This document shows positions 1-10,535 of a DNA stretch of 57,645 nt, one piece after another. Position numbers and translations under genes: made by a program. This DNA is from Chlamydiia bacterium (GTDB taxonomy: Bacteria; Chlamydiota; Chlamydiia; Chlamydiales; JAAKFQ01), in the NCBI GenBank assembly GCA_041688145.1, contig JBDNIV010000005.1:1-57645 (forward strand). Direction: 5' to 3'. The notes beneath the pieces are model-generated. The model did no database searches. It saw only the letters and a list, made by a program, of their open reading frames with translations, and was not told where the DNA came from. How positions within the stretch are numbered: position 1 is the stretch's first letter; every line of letters starts with the position of its first letter.

Positions 1-903
1 CTTGCAGCAGCAGTGCCAAGTCAAGACCTCTTTCCTTATGTAATTCGTCTAGAGTCAAACATTACAGAGTCTAATGGCTCATCTTCAATGGCCTCTGTTT
101 GTGGAGGGTGCCTTTCTCTAATGGATGCTGGAGTACCTATTAAGACCCCTATTTCAGGTATTGCAATGGGTCTTATACTAGAAGGCTCAGACTATATGAT
201 CCTTTCAGATATCTTAGGTGCTGAAGATGCTCTAGGTGATATGGACTTAAAAATTGCAGGAAGCAGTGAAGCTATCACAGCTTTCCAAATGGATATTAAA
301 GTCGAAGGAATTACTCCTGAGATCTTAAAAGCAGCGCTTGCTCAAGCTAAAGACGGCAGAGTTCACATCTTGAACAAGATGCTTGAGGCGTGTCCAAAAG
401 CGCGCACTGAGCTTTCAGTATATGCGCCTAAGATCCGCACTATCCGCATTCACCCAAGTAAGATCGGTATCGTTATTGGCCCTGGCGGCAAGCAGATCCG
501 TGAGATTACAGATACAACAGGTGCTGAAGTCAATATCGATGATTCAGTCTCTGAAGAGTATGCGATTGTCTCATTTTCTTCTGTAGATGCTAAAGCTATC
601 GATGATGCTGAAAAATGGGTTGTGAACCTGACATCAGATGTAGAGATTGGCAAAACCTATCAAGGTAAAATCGTCTCCATAGTTGCTTTTGGAGTCTTTG
701 TTGAGATTTTCTCAAAACAAGGCCTATGCCATATCTCAGAGCTCGATCATGGACGCATCGAAGATATGTTTAGCTCAGACTTTAAAGAAGGTCAAATAAT
801 CGAAGTCAAAGTCCTTGATATCAACGACCGTGGCCAGATTCGCTTAAGCCGTAAGATCTTGCTTTCTAAAGAAGAGCGTGAAGCTCAACCTGCTAGTTCG
901 TAG
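1..903 (+). CDS. pnp: Polynucleotide phosphorylase, C-terminal part (5' truncated by the window)
   Basis: ESNGSSSMASVCGG and DALGDMDLKIAG RNase PH motifs, KH domain (IGPGGKQIREI) and S1 domain; frame open from position 1. Confidence 0.97.
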   Translation, partial: LAAAVPSQDLFPYVIRLESNITESNGSSSMASVCGGCLSLMDAGVPIKTPISGIAMGLILEGSDYMILSDILGAEDALGDMDLKIAGSSEAITAFQMDIKVEGITPEILKAALAQAKDGRVHILNKMLEACPKARTELSVYAPKIRTIRIHPSKIGIVIGPGGKQIREITDTTGAEVNIDDSVSEEYAIVSFSSVDAKAIDDAEKWVVNLTSDVEIGKTYQGKIVSIVAFGVFVEIFSKQGLCHISELDHGRIEDMFSSDFKEGQIIEVKVLDINDRGQIRLSRKILLSKEEREAQPASS

Positions 904-958
904 AAAAATCTACTCTTCTTCTAATAAAGAAGACAAAAAGCTAGCTTTCTTAGAAAAC

Positions 959-988
959 AAAAAAGCGCCTTTAAAAGGCGCTTTTTTT
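959..988. terminator. Bidirectional intrinsic terminator between convergent pnp and the AAA gene
   Basis: aaaaaagcgcct-ttaa-aaggcgcttttttt: GC stem flanked by A and T tracts. Confidence 0.85.
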
Positions 989-1034
989 ATCTTAAAATTT
1001 TAAGAAGTTTAGCAAGTGCGATCGAGCTTATTTA

Positions 1035-2675
1035 TTAGCTTAAAAGTATTGCGAGCTTTTTAGAACCCTCAACCGTCCTTTTTATCTGATCGAGCTTTGA
1101 TGATAAAAGCTCTTGAGTTTCGTCTTTCGCTTTTGCTATTAGATCTAAAACAGCGTGCTCTATCTTATATTGAAGGTCTCGGGTGACTGGTTGAATCTTG
1201 TCTATTGAAGCTAAAGGCAGTTCAACATCTGCCATAGCCCAACCGCAGACCATTTCTCGAGCTAGTTGAGTTGCTTTAGCGAGGCTATCTGCTACATGAG
1301 ATGTTCTCTCTATGCCTTGTACAGGAGCGTCTCTATTAGCTGCAACTAGCAACTCTTCTATAGCTATTGGAGCTAATAAGTATCTAAGCTGCGCCTTGTA
1401 GTAATATTTTGATTGGGTCGGGCAGTGTGGATGGGCTTGATTGAATTCTGACCAAACGATTTTTTGTGCAGCTTCGTGATATTGAGGCATTTTATCATGA
1501 GCACGCTCCCCTCCAAGAACACTAATATCCTCCGCACTTATTTCATTAGCTTCCCGAATAGCAGCGCTATTAATCGCAGCTTGTACAAGATCTCTTAATC
1601 CCCGTCCGACATAGCCTGCTGTCTGCTTAGCAAGCTGTTCAAGGCTTACATCATCACCTAGAGGTATATCTTTAAAATGAACCTTTAAAATATCTAATCT
1701 CTCTCTTTCATTTGGAGGTGGCACATGAATCTGATAATTTTCTGGAATACGGCTTAATATTGCAGGATCAACAGCCTCTCTACGATTAGTCGATCCCATA
1801 ACAGTGATAGGGGTTTTAGAACCTATAGCTTGATCTATTTCCCCAAGCAAGGCGTTGACCGTCTTAATGCTTTCATCATTTGATCTTTCTTCTGTGCGAG
1901 CCATCAAACTATCCATCTCCTCAAAGTAGATAAAAGCTCGCACCTCGAAGGGCAAACCTGGAACTCCTGCTTTTCTTGCTTCATCTAACCTTGCTTGAAC
2001 CTGAGCCAGTTCTTTTTTAACCCCTTCAAAAATTTTTCTAATAGCATTAGGACCGGTACCTACGTATTTATTGACCAAGTTAGAGGCAAGCACATGCCTA
2101 TAGACAGTATAATCTGGAGATACAGATGTAACTAAAGCACTTGATAATAAGGTTTTGCCTGTGCCTGGAGGGCCGTAAAAAAGCATCGCGGTAGGAAAGC
2201 TCACTGCACTAGCAATGCCACCTCCTGGGCGATATGCTTGCATAATCTTTAATATATTTTCGACCTGCTTTTTTGCCCCACCGACATTTGCCACCTTATC
2301 TAAAGAGACTTGTGGACGCGGGCTTCTTTCAGCTTGTTCTAACTTCACAGCCAAAGCTTGATATAGAGAAGTGAATGGTAAAATAGCAGAAGGTATTAGC
2401 TCTACTAAAGGCTTCTTATTGAGGGCTGCTAAAACAACGAGTCCTATCAGACCTGCAATACCACCTGCAAAACAACTGAACATCATTGCTTTTTTAAATT
2501 GACGAGAATTAGAGTCTATATGCCTAGCAATTGCCCTATTCGCTACATAGAGGATATAAGCGCCTAGCGCAATACCACCTAAAGTAGCCAACTGAGACCT
2601 AAAGGGCCGTTCAAAAAAGGAGACTGGAGCTAATGCCGGAGGCGTTGGGAGTGTAATAGGTTGTAGAGCTGCCAA
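1035..2675 (-). CDS. Membrane-anchored FtsH-like AAA+ ATPase with degenerate M41 protease domain
   Basis: Two N-terminal hydrophobic segments; Walker A GPPGTGKT, pore loop KYVG, Walker B FIYFEEMD, SRH GSTNRREAVDPAILSR; C-terminal YHEAAQ and ATQLAREMVCGWAM mirror FtsH YHEAGH and [17 protein letters not shown] start. Confidence 0.8.
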   Translation of the reverse strand: MAALQPITLPTPPALAPVSFFERPFRSQLATLGGIALGAYILYVANRAIARHIDSNSRQFKKAMMFSCFAGGIAGLIGLVVLAALNKKPLVELIPSAILPFTSLYQALAVKLEQAERSPRPQVSLDKVANVGGAKKQVENILKIMQAYRPGGGIASAVSFPTAMLFYGPPGTGKTLLSSALVTSVSPDYTVYRHVLASNLVNKYVGTGPNAIRKIFEGVKKELAQVQARLDEARKAGVPGLPFEVRAFIYFEEMDSLMARTEERSNDESIKTVNALLGEIDQAIGSKTPITVMGSTNRREAVDPAILSRIPENYQIHVPPPNERERLDILKVHFKDIPLGDDVSLEQLAKQTAGYVGRGLRDLVQAAINSAAIREANEISAEDISVLGGERAHDKMPQYHEAAQKIVWSEFNQAHPHCPTQSKYYYKAQLRYLLAPIAIEELLVAANRDAPVQGIERTSHVADSLAKATQLAREMVCGWAMADVELPLASIDKIQPVTRDLQYKIEHAVLDLIAKAKDETQELLSSKLDQIKRTVEGSKKLAILLS

Positions 2676-2756
2676 AATAAAAACCTCGGTAAAATAGAAA
2701 TCGCTATTCTAACCGAGGCCTTATAAACAAAACAATACTAAAGCTAAAAAGCTCTT

Positions 2757-5501
2757 CTACGAAAGCCCTGGCTCAGGAGAAGGCCCTTCTCCTGACAGCT
2801 CTTGTGGAATCGGAGGAGGCACTTTTCTAAACTGCTCTTGCTGCTTCGCGATGCGTGAGCGCACCTCATCTTCAGGAAGCTCACCTGTATCGAGGATACG
2901 TTTAAGGTCATCTTCGTAAAGCGTCTCAAACTGCATAAGCCTTTCTGTTATAAGCTCAATTTCTTTTCGCTTATCCTCACAGATTTCGCGGGCTCGTTTA
3001 ACACCTGCGCTGACGTATTTGCGTACTTCTTCATCGATTTTCTGAGCTGTTTCATTAGAATAGTTTTTCTCTTGCATAGCGCCCATACCGAGGTAACGGC
3101 CTTGTTCTGATTTCTCATCATACGCTATAGCGCCAAGATCCTCACTCATCCCCCACTGACAAACCATACTGCGAGCAATGTGAGTCGCTTGAATAATGTC
3201 TTGCTGCGCGCCACTAGAAACGTCCCCAACAAAAATCTCTTCAGCTATTTTTCCTCCCATACAAACCGCTAACTGGTCTATAAGCTCATTTTTCCAGTAG
3301 TTAAGGCGGTTTTTCTTGGGTAAGAAGTGCGTCGCTCCTAAAGACATTCCACGTGGAATAATAGTCACTTTTTCTACAGGGTCACCATGCTTAACAACTA
3401 GGCCAATAATAGCGTGCCCAGCTTCATGATACGCTGTGCGCTTTCTATCTTCTTCGTCTATTTCTAAGCTTTTACGTGCTGAACCAAAGCGAACTTTGTC
3501 ACTTGCTTCTAAAGCATCTTGAGGACCTACTGTAGTGCGGCCATGGCGCGCAGCGCTCAGTGCCGCTTCATTTAGAAGGTTTTTAAGATCTGCTCCAGAA
3601 CAACCTGGGGTGCCGCGAGCAATTGCCATCAGATCAACGCTAGAATCCATTTTGATGCGCTTTGCATGGACTTGCAGAATCTCAAAGCGGCCCTTTACAT
3701 CAGGAAGATCAATTGTCACACGACGGTCAAAACGGCCGGGGCGCAGGAGTGCTTTATCAAGCACATCTGGGCGGTTGGTAGCTGCCATGATGATTACGCC
3801 TTCATTAGTATCAAAGCCATCCATCTCTACTAAAAGCTGGTTTAGAGTCTGCTCACGCTCATCGTGACCGCCTCCCATACCGCTTCCTCTATGGCGCCCT
3901 ACCGCGTCAATCTCATCGATGAAGATGATGCAAGGAGCATTTTTCTTAGCTTGTTCAAAAAGATCTCGGATACGGCTTGCGCCCACACCGACAAACATCT
4001 CAACAAAGTCAGAGCCTGATATAGAGAAAAAAGGCCTGTCGGCTTCACCTGCAACAGCTTTTGCTACAAGCGTTTTACCCGTTCCTGGAGAACCGATCAA
4101 AAGAACTCCTTTAGGAATTTGAGCCCCTAGTAGAGTGTAACGAGAAGGATCTTTCAAGAAGTCAACAACCTCTTTAAGCTCTTCTTTAGCTTCATTGATA
4201 CCAGCTACATCGTCAAAGGTCACTTTTATGGAGTCGCGTGTGAGCATTTTTGCAGGAGACTTGCCAAAGCTCATTGCTCCAGAAGCGCCTCCCTTCATCT
4301 GACGGGCAAACACAAAGTAAAGCACGCCCATAATTAAAATAGCAGGAAGAAAAGTAAAGAGAAATCCGAAGTAGTTAGGCGCAGGCTCTTCACTTTTAAA
4401 TTTCTTTTCTAAAACGAGGTTTAATGGCTGGTCTGGTGCTTTAAAGCTTAATCCCTTTTCAGCAGGAAAAGCGAGCCACTCTTTTTGAGCCCCAACAAAC
4501 CAGTTATTGTATTCATCAGCAGGCACTGCTTCTAAAGCTTTTGTCGATAACTCTTTATTATTAAAGAACCACACAGTAGATGTTACTCCAGCTTTTGCTT
4601 TCCTGAGTTGAGCTGCATTTTGTCTCATAGTTTCCCCTAACACAGAAAACTCACTCACATGCTGACGGTACGTGCGTACAGATCGAAGATCGTTTAAACG
4701 GACTCCTTCTTTGCTCTGGCCAATTTTAGCTGACATAAGGGCCAGCTGATCTGTAATACGACCATATTGGCTAGCTTTATCGGAAAGGGCTACTTGAGCC
4801 ATTTCTTCTGAAAGCTCTTTTTGGAAGCCGCGCAATTGAGACTTCATCTCTTCATTGCCAATACCTAATGTAGGCGACTGAAAATTACGCACCACAAGAG
4901 CAAGCGTTTTGCCATACCCTTCAAGGGCCTCTAGGCTTGGGTTTTGCCCAAGAGCATCTCGCATCTTTGTCAGCTGACCAAGACCTACAATAGGTCTATT
5001 TGAAAGTTCTTTTAAGATGATTGCATTGTGACGAGAAGACGTATCATAAAGAGGGCTCACTACCTGATACCCACCTGATGGCACAGCTTTTCCACTGATA
5101 TGTAAATACCAATCAGCTGCTTCTAAAACGCTTTTTCCTTCAGTATTGAGATTATCTGTTAAGCCGACTTTCTGCTCTTTAAGTGCATGATTTTTAGAAA
5201 GAATTTCTAGGAACTTAAATCGATTTTCTCCCTCTAGACTTTTTTCATCACGGAATTTACCACTAAAAGTGACTAAATTATCATTAAGAGCTACTTTAGC
5301 ATTGTCCTTGGGGTCAATTAGATCTAGATTTACTAAGCTTTCTAGCTGGTAGCTGAAATTAACTGTCGCCACATGGGAGGGTGTGCGGCTTTGAAACGTA
5401 AGCAAAAGAAGAAGACCCAAAAAGAAAAATAGAATATAGCCTCCAGGAAGGCCGCGTTTTTTCTGAGGGAGCTGATTGTTATTTTTATTTCTCATTACCA
5501 C
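2757..5501 (-). CDS. ftsH: ATP-dependent zinc metalloprotease FtsH (long chlamydial form)
   Basis: [55 protein letters not shown]; large periplasmic domain; ATG at 5495 is an alternative start. Confidence 0.98.
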   Translation of the reverse strand: MVMRNKNNNQLPQKKRGLPGGYILFFFLGLLLLLTFQSRTPSHVATVNFSYQLESLVNLDLIDPKDNAKVALNDNLVTFSGKFRDEKSLEGENRFKFLEILSKNHALKEQKVGLTDNLNTEGKSVLEAADWYLHISGKAVPSGGYQVVSPLYDTSSRHNAIILKELSNRPIVGLGQLTKMRDALGQNPSLEALEGYGKTLALVVRNFQSPTLGIGNEEMKSQLRGFQKELSEEMAQVALSDKASQYGRITDQLALMSAKIGQSKEGVRLNDLRSVRTYRQHVSEFSVLGETMRQNAAQLRKAKAGVTSTVWFFNNKELSTKALEAVPADEYNNWFVGAQKEWLAFPAEKGLSFKAPDQPLNLVLEKKFKSEEPAPNYFGFLFTFLPAILIMGVLYFVFARQMKGGASGAMSFGKSPAKMLTRDSIKVTFDDVAGINEAKEELKEVVDFLKDPSRYTLLGAQIPKGVLLIGSPGTGKTLVAKAVAGEADRPFFSISGSDFVEMFVGVGASRIRDLFEQAKKNAPCIIFIDEIDAVGRHRGSGMGGGHDEREQTLNQLLVEMDGFDTNEGVIIMAATNRPDVLDKALLRPGRFDRRVTIDLPDVKGRFEILQVHAKRIKMDSSVDLMAIARGTPGCSGADLKNLLNEAALSAARHGRTTVGPQDALEASDKVRFGSARKSLEIDEEDRKRTAYHEAGHAIIGLVVKHGDPVEKVTIIPRGMSLGATHFLPKKNRLNYWKNELIDQLAVCMGGKIAEEIFVGDVSSGAQQDIIQATHIARSMVCQWGMSEDLGAIAYDEKSEQGRYLGMGAMQEKNYSNETAQKIDEEVRKYVSAGVKRAREICEDKRKEIELITERLMQFETLYEDDLKRILDTGELPEDEVRSRIAKQQEQFRKVPPPIPQELSGEGPSPEPGLS

Positions 5502-5714
5502 CTAGCATACCATTTTTAAGTTAGCGCAAGTTATATAAAAGCCCTTAAGAGATACAGGCACAATATAGGGACCCTTCCCAGCCTTTGGCCGGACGACCTC
5601 AACATAACAAATCACTCAATTTCTCCAAGAAAAATTTTCATTTCCTTTGGAATTTTCTCCTATTTTATAGAAGAGTATAATTAAAAGGCCTTAGCAAACG
5701 TGCTAAATCCTCTC

Positions 5715-6797
5715 TTAAACACATCCTGAAAGCTCTGAACATGCCTTAGGCTCTTTAGGGCAGCTGTAAGAGCGCCTCTGTTGCTTTTTTGAATCATCTA
5801 AAAGCAGCTTAAGAGTTCCTCGAAAAACATGGACCCGACTTTTACCTACCTGAACTGCGCGATTCTGATGCTTGTCCTCTAAAAGCCGGGCTAACATGAG
5901 CACTTCTGCTCTAGAGATCTTCATTCCAATATGTTTAAAGAATTTTTTTATGATGTAATGGGTCTCTATAGGTCCTAAAGACAGCGCCTCTTGAATATGG
6001 GGTTTATCATACGATTCAACAAGAGTTAGGTTTAACTTTAGATCTTTCAAAAGGCCTTTTTCTAGAAGCTGATTCCACAGATGAGAAGTCTGTTTTTCTA
6101 AAAGCACTTTTAAGTTTCGAGACTCTTCTACTCTTTGAATAAGACTCTCTTTGATCCCTTTACCAAATGCTTTTTCTAATTCAGGGATAAGTGTCTCTTT
6201 TAAGCGTGTGCGTAAAAAATGCGGATCCTTATTTGTTGCGTCCTCAAACCAAAAGTAGCCCCTTTGCTCAAGCCAGGAGATGATCTCTTTTTTTTCAAAA
6301 ACAAGCAGCGGCCGCCATAGCTCAAGTCCCTCTCTATATGCGAGCTCTGATAAATTACCCACATTTTCAAAGCTTGCGCCTTCAAAAAGACGTTTAAGAG
6401 CGTTTTCTAAAAGATCATCCTTTTGATGGCCTAAAACAATAATAGAAAAACCAAGGCGCTCTTTGAGCTCTTTAAAAAACGCGTAGCGCTCTTGTCTAGC
6501 CTCAGCCTCTTTATTTGCTTTTGCGGGGCCTTTAAGCTTTTTCATATAAAAAGGGATACCACTATCTAAGCATAGCTTTTCTAGCTTTTCGGCCTCGGCA
6601 GTGCTTTCTTGCCTCCAGTTATGATTGATATGGGCAACAGCCCATTTCATAGGCATACGCTTTGATAGAGCCCTGATCAGGTGAAAAAGAGCCATAGAGT
6701 CTGGCCCTCCTGAAAGCGCCAATATAAAACCCACATTCGGGCGACTTTCCCTCAAAAAAAACTGGTTTAAAGTAGTTTCAATTGGATCAAATGTCAT
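5715..6797 (-). CDS. tilS: tRNA(Ile)-lysidine synthetase
   Basis: PP-loop ALSGGPDSMAL, HINHNWR, EARQERY, GHQKDD, RPLL, EDATN; upstream of ftsH. Confidence 0.95.
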   Translation of the reverse strand: MTFDPIETTLNQFFLRESRPNVGFILALSGGPDSMALFHLIRALSKRMPMKWAVAHINHNWRQESTAEAEKLEKLCLDSGIPFYMKKLKGPAKANKEAEARQERYAFFKELKERLGFSIIVLGHQKDDLLENALKRLFEGASFENVGNLSELAYREGLELWRPLLVFEKKEIISWLEQRGYFWFEDATNKDPHFLRTRLKETLIPELEKAFGKGIKESLIQRVEESRNLKVLLEKQTSHLWNQLLEKGLLKDLKLNLTLVESYDKPHIQEALSLGPIETHYIIKKFFKHIGMKISRAEVLMLARLLEDKHQNRAVQVGKSRVHVFRGTLKLLLDDSKKQQRRSYSCPKEPKACSELSGCV

Positions 6798-7141
6798 CGG
6801 CCTACGCGAGGGAAAAATAAAATAATATATAAAATAGCCACTAAGATCAGGATAGCCCCAATAATAAAGATGTTCAGGTGAGAAGATTGGATCAGAACAT
6901 CAGTGTAAGATGGGCGTCCTTTTTTCTTTTTTGTCCGATCATCAGGCCTACTTGTTTTTTGAAAAAGAGGTGAGAGCTCAGGAATTTGCCCCATCATCTT
7001 CCAATCCCTTCGATAAGTAGATTTTTTCTTAGCTAAAGTAAAAGGAGATATTCTAGGATGTTCTTTGAGAGCTGCAAAGGTATAAGGACCTTGCTTTTTT
7101 CCTTCAATCTTAATATACCATTTGGAACGAGAGATTCGCAT
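6794..7141 (-). CDS. DUF4339/GYF_2-like domain protein with C-terminal TM anchor
   Basis: WYIKIEGKKQGPYT...WKMMGQIPELSPLF resembles GYF_2; ATG at 7141 preferred because it avoids overlap with the divergent gene. Confidence 0.65.
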   Translation of the reverse strand: MRISRSKWYIKIEGKKQGPYTFAALKEHPRISPFTLAKKKSTYRRDWKMMGQIPELSPLFQKTSRPDDRTKKKKGRPSYTDVLIQSSHLNIFIIGAILILVAILYIILFFPRVGR

Positions 7142-7211
7142 AACCCTATAAGCTCTTTTAAAACGATTAAGCTCCCTTATGATCGCACCCAAGCTAAATA
7201 AAGGCAAGGCT

Positions 7212-8282
7212 ATGCCCAGAGTGTGGAAACTGCTCATACCTAAGTATATTTTGATCTTTTCTCTGTGCAGCTTATGCCTTCTTGTGCTTTTTGTTGCCTG
7301 TAAAATGCACGATATGGCCGCTCTTTTCTCCTCAACTGGGCAACTATCGGCTCTTTGGCAGTTTGCCGGTTGGCAAATGCTAGCGCTTTGTCCTTTTGCT
7401 CTTAGCTTAAGTGTAGCTATCAGTAGCTACAACCTCTTTAGTGACCTCAGATCCTCTTACGCGCTTCATGCACTTCGCTCCTTTGGAATCAGTCTTTTAA
7501 ACCTATCAAAACCTCTTATCTCCTTAACGCTTACCCTGTGCCTTGTTAATATTTTTATCGTAAGTGAAATCTCAACAAAAGCGCGGTCTCACGCTAAAAA
7601 GTTAGCTTATGAATTTGCATTAAAAACGCCTCTTATCAGCACCTACCATCAGCTAGAAAACACGCCTGAGAGTAAAGCCATGGCAATACCAAAGCCTGAA
7701 ACACCTCTTTCTCAAGAAAAACTTTCTAATTTTTGGCTTTTTACAAGCCCTTCAAAAGGAAAACCTCTGCAGCTTCTACGTGCTGATCAACTGCGCCTAT
7801 CAGGAAAAGGAGTCATTGGGAAAAACATTGACGTTTTAACCTATGTACCTGCTAAAGAGGCTGATAATTTTGATACTATAATGCTCGAAAAAAGCCGTAC
7901 AATTATAGCAAACCTATCGCCTATTAAAGAATTTCTATTTCCTCAAAAAGAAACTGCGAGCTTAAGTGGATTGCAATTCAAAGAGCTCTTAGCCTCTTTA
8001 GATAAGCCTGAAGACAAAGCTTATGAACTTTTAAGACGCATTTGTTTTGGTTTTGCTCCAATCACCCTTTTTTTCCTAGCTATGGCCGCATCTCTTGGAG
8101 GGGTCCGAACAGGTCCAAGCGGTCTGCAAAAAGGGCTTTTTTCTTTGTCTTTTATATTCTTTTTTATAGGGCTTATCCTTTCAAAGTCTCATGGATTCGC
8201 TCTTATGGCTCCCGCTGTTCACTTGCAGGCGCTTATACTTTCTTTTGTCTGCCTTAGGCGCTATGAAAGAGGGCTTTTATGA
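7212..8282 (+). CDS. LptF/LptG (YjgP/YjgQ) family LPS export permease
   Basis: 3 TM + periplasmic domain + 3 TM; ALRSFGISL coupling-helix motif; paired with the next gene; ATG 7212 preferred over 7179. Confidence 0.8.
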   Translation: MPRVWKLLIPKYILIFSLCSLCLLVLFVACKMHDMAALFSSTGQLSALWQFAGWQMLALCPFALSLSVAISSYNLFSDLRSSYALHALRSFGISLLNLSKPLISLTLTLCLVNIFIVSEISTKARSHAKKLAYEFALKTPLISTYHQLENTPESKAMAIPKPETPLSQEKLSNFWLFTSPSKGKPLQLLRADQLRLSGKGVIGKNIDVLTYVPAKEADNFDTIMLEKSRTIIANLSPIKEFLFPQKETASLSGLQFKELLASLDKPEDKAYELLRRICFGFAPITLFFLAMAASLGGVRTGPSGLQKGLFSLSFIFFFIGLILSKSHGFALMAPAVHLQALILSFVCLRRYERGLL

Positions 8283-9328
8283 AACTTTGGGAAAAATGGA
8301 TTTTTACAGTAGCCCTTAAATCCATGCTGATTACTCTCAGTTCAGCAGCCCTTCTTTTTAGCGTAATAGACCTCAGTGCGCATCCTTGGGTTTTTAAAAG
8401 CCGAAGCCTCCTTCAAATCCCACTTTTTTGCCTTATGCAGCTCTCAAAGATGCTGCCCCTACTCATTGGGTTTTCAGCTCTTGTAGGAACCCTTTTATCC
8501 CTTGTCTATTTAAGAAGCTCTAATATGACACAAGCTCTTTTAGCAAGCGGTTTTTCTAAGTTGCAGATTTTGCGTCCCTTTATATTAGCAAGTCTTCTAT
8601 TAGCTGGACTCTCTTTGCTAAACTATGAGACGCTCTACCCTATTGCCTCAAGCCATATATCTTCTATGAAACGCCTTTTAACACACAGCAGTCCCTTACA
8701 AAAGCCCTCTGTATACAGGATTGATTACCCAACAAAAGAGCAGCTTATTTGCAGCGATATTGATCAAAAAAATGGCCACATGAAAGATGTCTACCTGATT
8801 CAAAAAAACACTCTTTACCACGCAAGAGTACTTCAAAAAGGCCTAAATACAGCAAAGGCTTCCGACTTAGAAGGCCTATTTGTTGACACTTTTAGTATCT
8901 CCAAGTCAGGCTTAAAGAAAATAAATAGCCAAAAGAGCTTCTTATTCAAAGGCCTTATCTGGCCAAAGCTCAGCTGGATAGAGCCCCCCAATCCCGAACA
9001 TATGCCTCTATCTAAACTCATTAAAAGCGCTTTGAAAAAAGAGGCTGTGCGATCGCATAAGCTCGCTTTAAACATTCGGCTTTTGAGTCTTTTACTCGCT
9101 CCTTTAGGAGCCATTGCTGCTTTTCTGTTTATGCCTGGATTTTCAAGGCAATTTTCTAGTGAAGTGCTTTATAGCTCAGCTTTAATAGGTCAGGTTCTTG
9201 TTTTGATGATGCTCGGGCAATCAAGCCTTTTTTTTGAAAGCGCCAAAGCGCCAAGCGTACATTTTATATGGCTTATTCCCTTAGCCTTTACCCCTTTTAT
9301 TGGAATCTCTAGACGCTTTGCTAAGTAG
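8279..9328 (+). CDS. LptF/LptG family permease (second subunit)
   Basis: Same topology; ALLASGFSKLQILRP motif; ATGA overlap with the upstream gene. Confidence 0.8.
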   Translation: MKLWEKWIFTVALKSMLITLSSAALLFSVIDLSAHPWVFKSRSLLQIPLFCLMQLSKMLPLLIGFSALVGTLLSLVYLRSSNMTQALLASGFSKLQILRPFILASLLLAGLSLLNYETLYPIASSHISSMKRLLTHSSPLQKPSVYRIDYPTKEQLICSDIDQKNGHMKDVYLIQKNTLYHARVLQKGLNTAKASDLEGLFVDTFSISKSGLKKINSQKSFLFKGLIWPKLSWIEPPNPEHMPLSKLIKSALKKEAVRSHKLALNIRLLSLLLAPLGAIAAFLFMPGFSRQFSSEVLYSSALIGQVLVLMMLGQSSLFFESAKAPSVHFIWLIPLAFTPFIGISRRFAK

Positions 9329-9406
9329 GATGACACCCTCTCTATCTGCTTAGAGATGCCCTCTAAGAACGAAATATGTCCAGCTCAATAGCTCAAAAAT
9401 TTCCAT

Positions 9407-9438
9407 AAAAAAATCCCCATCTTTCGATGAGGATTTTT
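9407..9438 (-). terminator. Intrinsic terminator after rpsI
   Basis: Minus strand aaatcctcatc-gaaa-gatggggattttttt: stem with GAAA loop and U tract. Confidence 0.75.
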
Positions 9439-9461
9439 CATATATAAACTGTTTAAAAAGA

Positions 9462-9869
9462 TTAACGCTTAGAGAACTGGAAGCTCTTACGTGCTCCTGC
9501 TCGACCGTATTTTTTGCGCTCTTTTTTGCGAGGATCACGAGTTAAAAGGCCTTCTGACTTAAAATCAGCTCGGCGCTCTTCTTCTTCACCTACTAGTGCG
9601 CGAGCAAGCGCTAAACGTGCAGCAGATGCTTGCGCTTCAATACCGCCACCCTTTACACGAATTATAAGATCGTAATGAGCTGGATCTGAAACTTTAATTA
9701 GAGGAAATAAGATTTCTTTACGTTGAAGCTCTAGAGGAAAATATTCTTCAATAGCCCTACCATTAACACGTACCTGCCCTGTACCTTTACGTAGACGGAC
9801 TGAAGCAGACGAAGTCTTACGACGTCCAGCTTTTACAATTTCTGAGATTTTGCTTTTTTTCGCTTCCAT
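9462..9869 (-). CDS. rpsI: 30S ribosomal protein S9
   Basis: GRRKTSSASV, KGGGIEAQA, LLTRDPRKKERKKYG...QFSKR; ATG 9869 follows the rplM stop. Confidence 0.98.
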   Translation of the reverse strand: MEAKKSKISEIVKAGRRKTSSASVRLRKGTGQVRVNGRAIEEYFPLELQRKEILFPLIKVSDPAHYDLIIRVKGGGIEAQASAARLALARALVGEEEERRADFKSEGLLTRDPRKKERKKYGRAGARKSFQFSKR

Positions 9870-9870
9870 T

Positions 9871-10323
9871 TTAGATTTCCACCTTCGTTGGCTTTTGAGC
9901 ATCTAGATCGTGACCTTCGCCTGCATAGATACGTAATTTCTTAAGCTGAGCACGACCAAGACGCGTTTTAGGCAACATACCTTTCACTGCATGCATCAAG
10001 ATTTGGTCAGGTTTTTTCTGCAGCATCTCGCGATACGTCATAGTTCTAAGACCACCCATGTACCCTGTATAACGGTGATACACTTTTTGGGCCTCTTTAG
10101 AACCTGTAACTTTAACCTCTTTAGCATTCAGCACAATAACCCCGTCTCCCCCATCCACATGAGGTGTAAACTCAGGGCGATGCTTACCGCGCAAGATTTT
10201 AGCAATTTCTGAAGCAAGGCGCCCTAGCGTCTTACCCTTTGCATCAAAAAGGAACCACTGACGATCTGAACGCGCCTTTTCCTTAGTGAGCATAAAAGTT
10301 TTTTGATCTGTGTTTTTGTCCAT
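9871..10323 (-). CDS. rplM: 50S ribosomal protein L13
   Basis: [41 protein letters not shown]. Confidence 0.98.
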   Translation of the reverse strand: MDKNTDQKTFMLTKEKARSDRQWFLFDAKGKTLGRLASEIAKILRGKHRPEFTPHVDGGDGVIVLNAKEVKVTGSKEAQKVYHRYTGYMGGLRTMTYREMLQKKPDQILMHAVKGMLPKTRLGRAQLKKLRIYAGEGHDLDAQKPTKVEI

Positions 10324-10535
10324 GAGCAGTCTTTAATCCTATGGATGACTCTATTGTAGAAAACGATATCATAGCCTCAAATCGATTTTATGCCAAGGGC
10401 TTTATCTGAGCTTTTCTAGCCTTTTGTCTAATTACAAAATCAAATATTTATGTTGTCTTGTAAAAAAGGTTTTTATCTTGATAATATTTTTCGTAAAGTG
10501 CGATATATATAACCAAATTTTGGAGGATCTTCACT

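Noticed and set aside
5520..5710. Possible ncRNA between tilS and ftsH
   Set aside because: Only a short GC-richer patch; no recognisable RNA family or convincing fold
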